In this document: piece after piece, positions 62,791 through 64,000 of the stretch
Numbering within the stretch: the stretch's first letter is position 1
Layout: the number at the start of each line of letters is the position of its first letter
Assembly (NCBI GenBank): GCA_036172245.1
Contig: JAYWIR010000026.1
Span: 186,001 to 250,000 of the forward strand
Direction of reading: 5' to 3'
Length of the DNA stretch: 64,000 nucleotides
From: Raillietiella orientalis
Lineage: Eukaryota
The notes under the pieces: generated by a model
The model's input: the letters and a program-made list of their open reading frames with translations, nothing else
Database searches by the model: none
What the model was told of the DNA's origin: nothing
Made by a program: the position numbers and the translations under genes

Positions 62791-64000
62791 GAACGATGCA
62801 GATCGAATCGAGGCATCCTCCTAACGACGAGAACGACATTCTGCGAGAAGAAGTGGCGGGACATCCAGAAGAATAAGGTCAAATTATTATGTCGAGGATG
62901 AGGGATTACAATTCTTCATCCTCGATGGACACAGATGGAGAGAATCTATGGAATATGTGGAACCCTACTACCGCAGTTTGGATCTAAGTATAGAATGCTG
63001 GTCGTCATCCTATGGAAGGAAGGACACGGTGGGGTCCATATCCTTCCTCCCGCTGTGTGGGTTTCCGTTCATCGAGCAAGGTCGAACCGCCTCGCCGTGC
63101 TCAGCGGAAACACCGAACGGCCAGGAGAGCTTGAGAGATGCCGACACTGCGGCTGCGGGAAAGAATCCCTCGCTCCCCTGTGCTTTCTCCTCCCCGTCAC
63201 CTAGGTCCCCCATCACACAACTGCTTGGGCCACGCTCTTGGCCTCAACGATAAGATCCTTAAAAGGATCACCATGAAAGACGTGGCTGTGCTGCTCCGCC
63301 ATTCGTTACTCCCGTGACGTCTATGTAGACCATGTCCGTATCCCCCAGGGCGTCTGTGAACGAGCACCCACCTCCTCGCACTCCCAACGCTCCCCAGCCC
63401 CATTTCAGTGAGCTTGTGTTCCCCCCCCCCGTGCAAAATTCCCCTTTGGAACGGGCAAGCGGACGCTGCCGTCTTCACTGCTGCAGTTGCCCAAGGCGCT
63501 GCCATCCCGTCCTCCCTTCAACTTCCTCGTGTTCCTCCTGGAACACTTTCCCTCATTGTGCGTTGCTTAATAACTGCTTATCTCTGTCCAATGCTCCGTT
63601 CCGTTTCATTATATGTAATTACTTAATTCTGCGTTCATGCGGTTGTGATGTGCCCTTTGTGAAGGAAAACATCTGCAAACAAGTCGCGGTGTTCTCATCA
63701 AAGTGCAGTACCGGAATGGTTATGTGTTATACCACAATTTCTTTAAATATAAAGAATATTATATTAATTATATAAATATTATTGGTTGACTCTGTGTGTG
63801 AATATATGTGTGTTAATATACACGATAAGCACATACATTTTATTTTTATAATCTTCATAGTTTTATACACAAACATATATATGTATATTAACCTATGTAA
63901 CTCCATATATGTTTGTTTTTTTGATCTTTCGAGATTTCGACATTCGCGATTTTGAACCAAACTTCGCATTTCACCTTATTATAACGAAGAGAAGAAAGGG

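Overview
Eukaryotic genomic DNA, most likely an arthropod (inferred from a (CCTAA)n tract, 31-60 nt GT-AG introns and AT-rich, CpG-poor housekeeping gene bodies in CpG-rich surroundings). Bases 1-13.2 kb are a compact gene island: the 3' part of CACHD1 (+), BET1L (-), an unrecognised multi-exon gene that the ORF track misses (-, about 3.3-6.6 kb) and FAF1 (+). A two-exon DNAJB1/4/5-type Hsp40 lies at 25.3-29.8 kb (-). The rest is mostly decayed mobile DNA. It includes about 10 L1/Tx1-like LINE 3' ends, four of which retain a 25-nt terminal hairpin with compensatory changes, and four Utopia/NeSL-like RLE retrotransposon relics. There are also an unclassified ~0.8-kb repeat family, a hAT derivative with TIRs and an 8-bp TSD, two pogo/Tigger-like MITEs, AT-rich satellite-like blocks and a 16-bp minisatellite. 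The most notable signals are the hidden gene, a tailless U2 snRNA 5' fragment inserted into a LINE zinc finger, the covarying LINE 3' hairpin, and a near-identical inverted tract suggesting ectopic gene conversion. Most long GC-rich ORFs in the track look spurious. All identifications are from manual reading and recalled motifs, not database searches, and repeat boundaries are approximate.
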